Assembly (NCBI GenBank): GCA_040954595.2 | Contig: CM082594.2 | Location: 2,837,319-2,901,318 of the forward strand | Source of the DNA: Balanoglossus misakiensis | Taxonomy: Eukaryota; Animalia; Hemichordata | DNA: 64,000 nt | Direction: 5' to 3' | Shown here: positions 27,101-38,892 of the stretch, one piece after another | Layout: each line of letters begins with the position of its first letter | Position numbering within the stretch: the first letter of the stretch is position 1 | Notes under the pieces: model-generated | Told to the model about the DNA's origin: nothing | The model's database searches: none | The model's input: only the letters and a program-made list of their open reading frames with translations | Made by a program: the position numbers and the translations under genes

Positions 27101-30100
27101 ATCATCCACCGAGAGCGCATGTGCAGCTACAGTGTACATACGGAGAAAGTACGGTGTTATGGTGTGGGAGGCACATATAATTAGATATTTTACTACACTT
27201 CGTGAAAATTAACTCAGGAAAGTAAATATAACAGTTTGCCTTTGTATCAATTACGGTACTGTGACAGGAGTGTCTGGCATGCTCCGATAGAAATTATGGA
27301 ATGTTTGGTTAAAGTAACTGGATTACAACTTGATATAGGTAAGGCTGCATGCACAAACACCTCTGGAGGGGGGGGGGGGGGCAGGAGAATTGAGGGGGGG
27401 GGATTTGAAAAAATTGAGGGTATGTAAGGAGGGGATTTGAAATAATTTAGGGACTGAAAGGGGGGGACTTGAAAACTTTGACGACTAAATATTTATTTTG
27501 AGTCCACAAAAATGCAGTTTCGCGCCCTTTATTTTACAAAATTTTCTAATGGGGGAGGGGGACACCCCCTCCCACACCCACCCCCTCCATTCATCAACAC
27601 CTTTCAATCATTGATTGGTTTATCTAGTGTCCCAGGTCAGGGGACTTGCCCCAACCCCATGATAACTTTGAGCGGCGACGGTTAAATTTGTCCTCCCCAA
27701 CATACCGGTAGTTGAGTTAATTTGCTTTTGCCGGGTTCATTAAAATTCAGCTTTGAGCTCTGTATTTTATAAAATTTTCTTACGTGGGAGGGGGACACCC
27801 CCTCCCAAACCCATCCCCTTCAATTCTCGGTTTACAATGTCTCCCAACACAGAGTACAAATACTTACAAAATAAAAGCAATGTTCAGTGAAGGGGTACAT
27901 CAGTTTCGAATTCTTTTCATGGGATAGATACTAGGTGATGTGTTTTGCTCTGTGAAAGAAAATGGGGGGGGGGGATTTCAAAATTTTGGCAGTTCGGAAG
28001 GGGGGATTTGAAAATATTTCGGTTGTGTACGGGGGGCATGTGAAAATTAGCGGTAAAAAAATTGAATTCTCCCCCCCCCCATCCAGAGGTGTTTGTGAAT
28101 GCAGCCTAAGTAAACTAATTTGAGTTGATGGCTGGGGAAAGTAATCATCGATGAAAATTTCAGAGCATGGTTTGATGATGACCTACCACGTGGGTGGAAA
28201 ATACTCTTGCCATGTGGGTGGAAGCCTGCTCCGATAGAAATTATGGAATGTTTGGTTAAAGTAACTGGATTACAACTTGATATAGGTAAGTAAACTAATT
28301 TGAGTTGATGGCTGGGGAAATTAATCATGGATGGAAAATTTCAGAGCATGGTTTGATGATGACCTACCACGTGGGTGGAAAATACTCCTGCCATGTGGGT
28401 GGAAGCATGCTCCGATAGAAATTATGGAATGATTAATTTCCCCATCCATCAACTCAAATTAGTTTACTTACCTATATCAAGTTGTAATCCAGTTACTTTA
28501 ACCAAACATTCCATAATTTCTATCGGAGCAGGCTTCCACCCACATGGCAAGAGTATTTTCCACCCACGTGGTAGGTCATCATCAAACCATGCTCTGAAAT
28601 TTTCATCCACGATTACTTTCCCCAGCCATCAACTCAAATTAGTTGACTTACCTATATCAAGTTGTAATCCAGTTACTTTAACCAAACATTCCATAATTTC
28701 TATCGGAGCAGGCTTCCACCCACATGGCAGGAGTATTTTCCACCGACGTGGTAGGTCATCATCAAACCATGCTCTGAAATTTTCATCCACGATTACTTTC
28801 CCCAGCCATCAACTCAAATTAGTTTACTTACCTATATCAAGTTGTAATCCAGTTACTTTAACCAAACATTCCATAATTTCTATCGGAGCATGCTTCCACC
28901 CACATGGCAGGAGTATTTTCCACCCACGTGGTAGGTCATCATCAAACCATGCTCTGAAATTTTCATCCATGATTAATTTCCCCAGCCATCAACTCAAATT
29001 AGTTTACTTACCTATATCAAGTTGTAATCCAGTTACTTTAACCAAACATTCCATAATTTCTATCGGAGCATGCTTCCACCCACATGGCAGGAGTATTTTC
29101 CACCCACGTGGTAGGTCATCATCAAACCATGCTCTGAAATTTTCATCCACGATTACTTTCCCCAGCCATCAACTCAAATTAGTTGACTTACCTATATCAA
29201 GTTGTAATCCAGTTACTTTAACCAAACATTTCATAATTTCTATCGGAGCATGCTTCCACCCACATGGCAGGAGTATTTTCCACCCACGTGGTAGGTCATC
29301 ATCAAACCATGCTCTGAAATTGTCATCCATGATTAATTTCCCCAGCCATCAACTCAAATTAGTTGACTTACCTATATCAAGTTGTAATCCAGTTACTTTA
29401 ACCAAACATTCCATAATTTCTATCGGAGCATGCTTCCACCCACATGGCAGGAGTATTTTCCACCCACGTGGTAGGTCATCATCAAACCATGCTCTGAAAT
29501 TTTCATCCATGATTACTTTCTCCTATAAAAATCAATGATAAAGTTGCAACTCGCGGGGCTTTAATTGATAGAAAGATCAGAAGTTTTAAATAAATAAAAA
29601 AACTCGAGGATGGGAACGGAACAGTTACAATTTGAAAGTTCAACAATGCTGGTTTGGTAATTTGCTTAGCATAGCAACCAACAAGCATTTGTATGCAGAC
29701 GTTACCAACAAAACGGCATTTGGATTTTCCGAAATCACCCTTGACATATAACAAACTAGTTTTATAGTTCTACAGTATTATCGACTTCTCACCCATTATT
29801 CGATATAATGGCATATCGGCACCTACCAGCATCTTTCTTTTACAAATTTTAACTGGGGAGTTACATGGTATTGATTTATCGAATAACAGCGGCTGCAGCT
29901 TGACATTATGACCATAAAATATTAGACTATTTAATAAAGACATACATGACACTCATTACCATTTAACATTTTACAATATGTTTTCACTTAGAAATTCAAC
30001 GCTATAACAAACTCAAACCTTAGTTTCTGAATGATAATTTGTATGATGTCAAATCAGGTGTTCGTCACGATCTCTCCTATGGCATAAGACAACTAGAGAG

Positions 30101-33100
30101 ATTGGTCAGTTATTTTGTGATCAAATGACTTGCTAGAGACCTACTTCTACCTGTAGTAGACTCTAGACACAATCTTCATTTTTAGAACTTATTATCAATT
30201 TTCCCCATCATAGACGAAATGGCATGGTATATAGACTATAGGGACCGATCATGGTGATTTTGATGATGGTAACAACAACAACAATACAACATAATACAAT
30301 GCAATGCAATGTAATAATAATAACAATACAAAAACAACAACGACGACGACAACAATAATAGTAATAATAATGATGATGATGATGATCATCATCATCATAA
30401 TAATAATACCAAAGCCTCAAAAATGTTTACAGATAAAAACATAAAGTAAATACAATGACACTGCAATGAAAATATCTACCCGCAAAATAAAATCGAAATC
30501 GAACATCTTATTTTTAAAAATTCATCACAGCAGAGTAAAAACAAAATTATAAAAGAAAACTTGTGGAGCGTTCCCATATCACAAGTAATTTATGTAAAAA
30601 TGTCTAATCTAACCTAAAACATGCGCTAAAACAAATGAAGTGGCTAGCACCCAAAAATAATAAAACATCAAAGTTTTAATCAACCATTTAAAGATTGTTA
30701 ACAAAGTGTGTTTCGATGTCGTTAAACTTAGCCACAATATGAGCTGTACAAGACTTTTTTGCATTACAAAGTACAGTAATTCATTAAAATTGTCTTTTTG
30801 CTAATTGTAGATTAAAGAGACATACTATCTAAAAAAAAATTCATGCTTAAAATTCAAATAGCAGCTATATTTCGTGGTTTACGTATCTTTGTTGTAGGAT
30901 CGTACATCGTAATCGTATTATGTTGGTTGGGGTATGAACAGAAACGACTACGTTAACATTTCACATTGAGGGCGTTCTCCACATGCTACCCCCCCCCCCC
31001 CCTCCCTCCGCCGCTCGCTCGCTCGCTCGCTCACTTCGGACATCGTATACCACTGATACGATGGACCAACTGTCTTGTCATGATAAATCGTGTAAAGAAC
31101 GCAGTAAACTGAATGCTACTTTATACAGTATACTATAGTATTTCGAGTCAATTTCCCGATCCAGTATGCCTCCATAGGTGCCCCAAATTGAGAAAGATCG
31201 CGCGTTTTTCCGACGTTTAATGTGCATCACATTCACAACGATATTTTTGAAATCTAGGCTATATTTACCCAGATCGATTTTCATGAAGTAATTTCACATC
31301 TGCACGTCGTATGTTACAGTAAATAAGACGTTAGCATAGTGCGAACGTCGAAAGAAGAGTGCATGCGTTGGAATGCGGAACTACGTGACTATCTGTCACT
31401 CTCTCTTGCACTAACTGTGAAATTTCCGCAAATAATGGTTTTTAAATTCTTTAGACACAACGAAATAACATTTCCGTGTAGTAATTTTAAGAACTGGAGG
31501 CTGTATTTTGCATGAAATAGTGCGAACGCGCAGACTACGAATGCAAATGTGATCTGCGTCCCCTGGGATCCACCACAGCTCTGCTCACATGGTAGGAAGG
31601 CAGGTTCTCTCTGACGCGCGCACATACTATCTGTAGAGTAGGGCAGCAAAAGGTCAGCGGAACGCGAACAACAAGGACCTAGCGAAATAAAGGCGTCTGT
31701 TGTCTGGAGTCTGTGGTTTTCGGGAATCTCATTTCATGTATCATGAATTAAATTGATAATAAGGAAGTATGCATTTTCACTGGATTTTGATACGTAAGAT
31801 GGACGTATAGCCATTTATGATTTAGACCAAGCTGCGTTTTTTTCCAGATGGTGTGTGCGAGAATTACTGTAACTGGGCAAGTGACGGAGAATGCGATGAT
31901 GGCGGTCCGGGATCATTGTATTCAATTTGCGACTTTGGCAGTGACTGTGACGACTGTGGGGCAAGAGGTTCAGGAAATGCTGGTAAGGGATTAGTGTTTG
32001 TGTTGCATTAGTAGGGTATAGAAGCCATGATACGCAGACAGTGACCAACGCGAAGTGTAGGCCTCCATTCATGATGTGACGATTCAAAGATTTTACTTGC
32101 ATTGATCGACATATTTTTTGCAAGAAAATAGCTTCCGTTATAATGGCTACAGATGAACACTTTGATAAAATTGTGATCGGATATATTAAGCACTGACATT
32201 TGGCCAATCTTAATTCTTTACTTGCATTGAACGAAATATTTCTGCAAGAAAATAGCTTCCGATATAATGGCTACGGATGAACACTTTGATAAAATTGTCT
32301 TCGGATATATTAAACACTGACATTTGGGCAATCTTAATTCTATAGGTTGTCTAGAGCTGATGGTAAGCAATATTCTATCGTCAGTGGAGCTGGCATGTAT
32401 GACGTCACTTTGTGGGCAGACAGACATGTTGCAAATTATTAAAGCTTTTGCCAACTACCGGTGGTGATAAAGTTATTGGAATTGACATATTGGCAATGCT
32501 ATACTCAGTAACAAATTAACGACGTCGCATCACTAATCGTGACGACACGATACATCCCATCTGATGACATCACAAAACACCAGGTCTCATAATACATTGC
32601 ACCAGATCGTGGCATACCCACACTCAACTTACAGCCCTAACAGTGTTAGATGTATTTCGTTCTCATTTGCTGCTATTCCGTTGTGTGCAAATGAACCCCA
32701 AACTATTACTATAATAAACGGTGGCAAATTCAAAGAGAACAGACGTGTATAGAACATTATCGATCGATTTATATCCCGATATCTTTAAGTTGATTCTGTG
32801 GATTATAGGAATAATGTGGTTTACAGGATTTTGACATATAAGATATTTGTATTACCGATTATGGTCTTGACGAAGCTGCATTATTTTCCAGGTGGTGTGT
32901 GCGAAAATTACTGTAACTGGGCAAGTGACGGAGAATGCGATGATGGCGGTCCGGGATCAGTGTATTCAATTTGCGACTATGGCAGTGACTGTGACGACTG
33001 TGGGACAAGAGGTTCTGGAAATGCTGGTAAGGGATTAAATAAACGTGAATATCGCAAATTTGTGGTTGTGTGAGAAATAGAATCGTGTGGGATTCTATTT

Positions 33101-35138
33101 CTCACACGACCACAAAGTTGCGATATTCACGTTTATTTACAATAAAGGAACTAAATCTATAAAATACCCACTGATAACTGCATGACCGGTCATATATTGA
33201 TCCGCCCCGTAAAACATAGTCCCCATTTCATCACGAGTTTACAGTACACACATGCTACAAAAATGTGCTCAACACATTAAAATATAGAGATTGTTTCCAG
33301 TGGCATAAATTCGCGGGAAAATAGAAATCTAGAAAATACAACCGTTTTTTTTAGTCTGTCGCCAACCACGTACACCACTGTCGTCTGCACATGACCTGAT
33401 CACATTGTAGTTCCGGTTCGTGTACAACACATCACACAATTGGATAATATTTGCTCGTTCTAAGGGGTACGAATATCATTATCCAATCAGTGCTCGTGTC
33501 AGATAACTGTTGTCTGTGTGCGCAGAGATCGATTTGATCCCACACTCTCTATCCCACACTACCAGCGGCCAGGAGTTTGAGAATAGTGTCTGTGTTGCAT
33601 AAGTAGGGTATGACAGCCATATGCAGACAGTGACCAACGCGAAGTGTAGGCCTTCATTCATGATGTGACGATTCAAACATTTTACTTGCATTGAACGAAA
33701 TATTTCTGCAAGAAAATAGCTTCCGATATAATGGCTACAGATGAACACTTTGATAAAATTGTGTTCGGATATATTAAGCACTGACATTTGGCCAATCTTA
33801 ATTCTATAGGTTGTCTAGACACCTGTCACTGGGCCAATGATGGTGAATGTGACGATGGTGGTTCTGGGGCGCTGTATTCAATTTGTGATCTAGGAACTGA
33901 CTGTTCAGATTGTGGATCTAGATCTGATGGTAAGCAACATTTTATCGTAATTCGTTTTATCGCTGAAAAGTGGAGCTGGCATGGATGACGATCACGCCAT
34001 AATTTATGATTTCTCTTTCAGCTTGCACTAACAGTTGTTTCTGGTCCCATGACGGCGAATGTGATGATGGAGGTGAAGGGTCACAATATTCACTTTGTGA
34101 CTTAGGAACCGATTGTGCAGATTGTGGAGCTAGAGGTAATAATCAGTAGTTTATATAAACTAACAACGGCTATTGACCTTATAGAAAATAGTTAGCAACT
34201 CGAAATTTGACTTAAAAGCACAAATATTGATGGTGCCTATACTTACACTGCAGTCTTCACGAATTCAACTCAGTCTTTCTACTTGAATAAATTACCGTTA
34301 TTTTTTCTCTTGGGTTTGCGTTTCTCGTTTCTATGTTATGTGGCATGTCTTTAACTGCTAGAAAATGCGTGCAGAAATACTAACTTCTGAAGTTTGCTCA
34401 CATGTTTCGTCACATATGCGATGCATTAAAGTAGTACGCTAATCTGGGTACTCTATCAAGATTTTGGTTAATTAAAACCGCTTTCAATCCTTGTTTGTTT
34501 ACAGCCATTTCACTTGAAGCGAAGAAAGAAAATACCAACAAGGGAATCTCGCTACAAGGCAAAGGAAAGTCCGTCAAAGAAATAGGTGCGCTTGAATAAA
34601 TAACATACCATTTAATTATAATTTCTAAAGAGACGATACCAGTGACCAATAATAATTAAATTGGTTGATTTTGTTTTAGCAGGTTAGTTGCAGGTTTGTT
34701 AAGCTGGTTAGTTGCATGACTATGAGTCCCTCAGTTCGGATCGACCGCCACTACGGGATAATGATGCCGACGTCAAAACACGTTCAAGTTCCAAACAACG
34801 AAACTGCCTTGCACAAACTCGGATATTCTAAAAAACACACAATCTCTCAGTGAAGATTATTCAACAGTTATGTCGGTGATTGATCACGCCCATTATTCTG
34901 AGGCAGGGAGATATCATTATTAAACTGTTAATACCGCCAGAAAGCATAACTCCACGGAAGCGTATTACGGCCAATTAAAAAAATGATTTAAAAAATCTCG
35001 CTACTACGTCTGTTTATTCTCGTAATAACGAGATTTTAGGAGAATTTGAAATAACTGTTCATTGTTTATTTAATTGTAGTTGCTGAAAAATCGAAGGCCG
35101 TTCGGCAACCTCCATCAAAGGAAGGCACCCTTGGTTAA
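24129..35138 (+). CDS. Secreted protein with five tandem acidic 6-cysteine repeats (LNR/Notch-repeat-reminiscent), ~297 aa, uncharacterised
   Basis: Exons 24129-24245 (MKSLLVGLLVFAVVLELVECQDAKALKKSAQVIKKKTAQ), 26451-26469 (KLKRDF), repeat exons 26737-26850, 31848-31982, 32892-33026, 33810-33929, 34022-34135 (all phase 1-1), then 34505-34585 and 35080-35138 (TAA overlapping AATAAA). Repeat consensus CxxxCxWxxDGECDDGGxGxxYSxCDxG[ST]DCxDCGxR. Repeat exons are firm; linkage of the terminal exons is inferred from phase. Confidence 0.8.
25153..25457. mobile_element. Palindromic Kolobok-like MITE copy, left end damaged
   Basis: Shared arms and right end GAGAGACTTTGTCCCTTTAA. Confidence 0.75.
25658..26159. 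mobile_element. Academ-like non-autonomous element with ~50-bp TIRs
   Basis: TAGCCTAGCTAGGGGGTCTGACCAATAGCCACTATAGTCTCTGCCACA pairs with TGTGGCAGAGACTAAATAGCGGCTATTGGTCGGACTCCCTAGCAAGGTTA. Confidence 0.65.
27277..28431. repeat. Inverted copies of the same 180-bp satellite (~2 units, split by MITE)
   Basis: Reverse complement of the 28429-29520 unit at 27277-27342 and 28110-28431; orientation switches at an ATG microhomology (28429-28431). Confidence 0.92.
27343..28106. mobile_element. Same Harbinger MITE family (764 bp), opposite orientation, inserted in 180-bp satellite
   Basis: Same TIRs, TAA duplication (27340-27342, 28107-28109); empty site TATAGGTAAGTAAACT is visible in the neighbouring satellite unit (~28281). 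Confidence 0.92.
28429..29520. repeat. 180-bp tandem satellite, ~6 near-identical copies
   Basis: Exact 180-bp period (units at 28441, 28621, 28801, 28981, 29161, 29341). Confidence 0.97.
30270..30410. repeat. Compound trinucleotide tract (AAC/AAT/GAC/GAT/CAT)
   Basis: Direct reading. Confidence 0.85.
33038..33583. mobile_element. TA-flanked insertion with one-sided 100-bp palindrome, no TIRs (Crypton-like, tentative)
   Basis: Absent from the paralogous intron (GGGAT-TA-GTGT at ~31987); hairpin at 33037-33138. Confidence 0.7.
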
Positions 35139-35587
35139 TAAAGACAACAATGACTGGGATATACGAAAAGAATCCTGAGACGATTTCGAAACCTAACACG
35201 TATAGTTATAATAATCGACTAACAAACACAATTATTTTAAGAAATTGCAGCAGTGGCAATCTGCTTCCGAGATAGATGTTTGTAACAATAGTACAACTAA
35301 AACTCTAAAAAGATTTGACATTATTTTGATGTTTTTATCATGCGGCAAGGTACACAAACGCCACAAACACATCACGCATGGCGATATAATTGTTCCATCC
35401 GATATTTGCCGCCTTTAATTAATTTGGGAGCAGAAATGTGGATGGTTACCCACACAAAGTTATATTATGCATGTATCAGTGTTGTCAATATCATCTAATG
35501 TAATGACTATATATAAATGTAAAAAATGTTTATATTTAGTAAACCTGACAACGAATAATTCTTGCAAGAAATAATTTTTCAATGATG

Positions 35588-35607
35588 TGTATGTATGTAT
35601 GTATGTA

Positions 35608-35646
<39 letters not shown>

Positions 35647-35809
35647 ATATACGTACGTACGTACGTACGTACGTACGTATGTATGTATGTATGTATGTAT
35701 GTATGTATGTATGTATGTATGTATGTATGTATGTATGTATGTATGTATGTATGTATGTATGTATGTATGTATGTATGTATGTATGTATGTATGTATGTAT
35801 GTATGTATG

Positions 35810-35841
<32 letters not shown>

Positions 35842-35918
35842 TGTATGTATGTATGTATGTATGTATGTATGTATGTATGTATGTATGTATGTATGTATGT
35901 ATGTATGTATGTATGTAT
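35588..35918. repeat. Compound (GTAT)n/(GT)n/(ACGT)n microsatellite, continuing at 44048-44085 beyond the LTR element
   Basis: Direct reading. Confidence 0.98.
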
Positions 35919-36447
35919 TGTTACGATCTGTATAAAGGTCAAATACGATTTCAAGGGTTAATTAATCCAGAGCTCGGAAATGTCAATGTTTGATAGTATT
36001 TGATTTTATGTATTTGAAGTAGATAGGGAGGGCGGGTGTTTAACTGACTGCTCTGATTCTCAATCATCACCGAACTGACTTTGTTATATAACACTTTATG
36101 TAAATTGGTACGTATAGAGTTGACTGATGTCCAATGAAATTGCAACACATTGTATTTGTGATATTTTACATTATTAACCACGCCTTGAGAAAAGTAATTA
36201 TAAGAGAACTTTGTTTCCAAAGTTAGGAGAAATAATCTAACGGGAGATGGGAGTACCTCAGGCTACTGAGTTCGTTCCCTTCCTCATGTACTTTACTGGG
36301 CGTATTTGATGTACTATATAATTCCGGACAATAAATGAACGTGAATCAGATACGTGTCTCCGTGGATCACTGTTCTCGTCAGAGCCCGATACCTCATCGC
36401 TACAGATTCCCCAATGCATGAACAATCATGAGAAACCAGCCGTAATA
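35919..36447 (+). repeat. 5' LTR of chromodomain Gypsy element
   Basis: TGTTACG...CGTAATA, near-identical to 43519-44047; contains TATATAA and AATAAA. Confidence 0.95.
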
Positions 36448-36449
36448 CA

Positions 36450-36466
36450 TGGTGGAGATACGTGGG
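36450..36466 (+). promoter_or_regulatory. Primer-binding site, probably tRNA-Ala
   Basis: TGGTGGAGATACGTGGG, 2 nt after the 5' LTR; TGGTGGAGA is complementary to the 3' end of eukaryotic tRNA-Ala (...TCTCCACCA). Confidence 0.75.
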
Positions 36467-38892
36467 TAGACGAAACAAATCCATCGGAGGCAGAAACGGC
36501 GACGTCCAGCGGAAAGATTACAGCATGGATCGCGAGATGCTAAACGACATGAACAGTCAAATATCGGAAATACGACAGGTTACACTCAGAGCTGGAGGTC
36601 AGGTAGGCCCAGGTTTCTTTTCGGGTACAGAGACTGAGAATGCACACCGATGGTGGAAAAAATATATAGACTTTGCTGACTTTAAGCAATGGTCAGACGA
36701 GAAACGGCTTAAAGGAATCGGACTATATTTGACTGGTGAAGCGGAGCGATGGTTCTACAGACTGTCTGCTGAAAAGAAAAATGACTTGACGACACTGCAA
36801 AATGTCTTCCTCGCTCGTTTTGATAAGTGCGGTCCGATGTGGCTGTATGACGAGAAACTGTTTCGCCTGAAGCAACTGCCGGACCAGACTGTTGAACAAT
36901 ATGCGGAATTAATATGCGAAAATGCAGAAAAAGCGAAAAAGGCTGATGAGGAAATACTATCTTTCTTCATGAACGGACTGAGACCGGACATACTAAAGTT
37001 CGTAGCGGGAATGACACCTAAGGACTTCGAAACAGCGTACAAACATGCTCGAACAGCAGAGGTCGTGGCAGGATTACCAGAGACAGACGAGCCAGAAGCG
37101 GGTCTTTTACAACAAATCTCGACACGGATTGATGAGATGAAACAAGAAGATCAAGAAATGAAGACCAAATCAAGCGCGGCAGATCATCGAGGACGATCGA
37201 CAAAAAGAGAGAAGAAATCGCCGAATTACAGAGCAAGAGAACGAACAATAGACTATAAGGTAAAGAGGAACAGATATAATTTTACTGGGCACTCTACCCA
37301 ACGTTTTCCTCGACATAGTCAATTTAATTCCCGTGCATGTTTTAATTGTGGGCGTTACGATCATATAGCTAGAAATTGTTCAAAATATGCGTTCTCTGGA
37401 AATGTTTCGAAGCCTAGTCGGAAATTTTATTTTGATGGATCGTCCGACAGCAGGTCATGTGCAGGTGTAAATGCACTCGGGAAAGAGGGTGCCTATAATG
37501 TTAAAGATGGTGTAAACTTTGTTAACAAAGATGGGTGTGCTTTTCATGAGAATGTTATTCCAATTTCAATATGTCATGAAAAAGTGACGTCATTAATTGA
37601 TACTGGAGCACATATTACTGTAGCTCCTATTCGGTTGTTAGAGCTAGTACCCGCTCTAAAGAATTATCCGATGTTCAAGTCCAGATATAATTGTGTACAT
37701 ACAGCACACGAAGACAAATTGAAGGTAATTGGATTTATGAAAATACCTGCTTTTATTGGGAATAAGCGTGTATTACTGTATGTTAATTTAGTTGAGTCTC
37801 TTCAGCATAATCTGATTTTGGGACTTGATTTTATGAAGCGTTATAGAGCTGTTATTGATTTCAAGGGTAATATTTTAAGATTACAATCAGACGTACCGTT
37901 AAGAACAAATGTTGATGTTAACATTTCACCTGGAAGTGAAATGGTTATTCCAGTGAAAGTACCGTATAAATATCTTACTGGAGTTTTAGGTTGTATTTGT
38001 GATAAACGAACACGCTTAACCCCGGGTATTTTGGTAGCTAAGGGGTTGGCCTATTCGAATAAGAATTTTCTTCCCATGCGAGTTGTAAACACTTTGGATA
38101 CTGTGGTCAAAATTAAGAAAAACAGTGTTGTTGGAATGTTTTCACCCTTGCCCCGTAATAGTGAAATAGTCCCACTCGATAATACTGCCGTTAATTGTGT
38201 CTCACCTCAAGGGCCCCGTACACAGAAAGATACGGATTATTTGATGGGTCAATTGAAATTTAATGAATTAGAGATAACTAAGGCACAGCGTAAACAGCTT
38301 AGAGATGTTTTACTGCACAATATGGAAGCTTTTGTTGATTCTAGTGGTCGTTTAGGCAACTGTGATGTAATCAAACATACAATACGATTACAAGAGGGTG
38401 CTGCCCCGTTCCGTCGCCCACCTTACCGAGTAACGCCTGAGAAAAGGCGTGAACTTGAGCGACAAGTTGATCAGCTGTTAGAACAAAATATTATCGAGCC
38501 GTCCACTTCACCGTTTGCTAGTCCAGTAGTTTTAGTCAAAAAGCCTGATGGTTCGTGGCGTTTTTGCACAGATTTCCGTCATTTGAATAATATTACAGTG
38601 CCTGATTCGTTTCCCTTACCTAGAACTGACGAATCTCTTGAAATGTTAGGCAAGAATAAGCCTCAGTATTTTTCGACGCTTGATTTACAGTCAGGATTTT
38701 TTCAATTGGAATTAGATGAAGAGAGCAGACCAAAAACAGCTTTTGTCACACATCAAGGTTTATATCAATACAGGAGACTTGCCCAGGGGTTGCGAAATAG
38801 TCCCAGTTGTTTTCAGCGTACTATGCAACACGTGTTACGCAATATTATGTGGCAATATGTGTTATGTTATATCGATGATATTATTATATTTA
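36462..38892 (+). CDS. gag-pol: Gypsy gag-pol polyprotein, 5' part (capsid, CCHC knuckle, aspartic protease, N-half of RT), interrupted by MITE
   Basis: CFNCGRYDHIARNC, LIDTGA, SPFASPVVLVKKPDGSWRFCTDFRHLN, LDLQSGFFQ, YIDD. Native frame ends at the MITE junction; the ORF tail to 38954 is MITE-derived. Confidence 0.93.

Noticed and set aside
28375-29538. 387-aa ORF of 60-aa repeats
   Set aside because: By-product of a 180-bp (3n) satellite lacking stops in one frame; non-ATG start, spans the inversion junction, intronic, no recognisable domain.
35460-35993. HTYI/MYVC-repeat ORFs
   Set aside because: Translation of the (GTAT)n microsatellite.
36450-36466. tRNA gene (also 61095-61113)
   Set aside because: Only short 3'-end complements serving as primer-binding sites; no cloverleaf.
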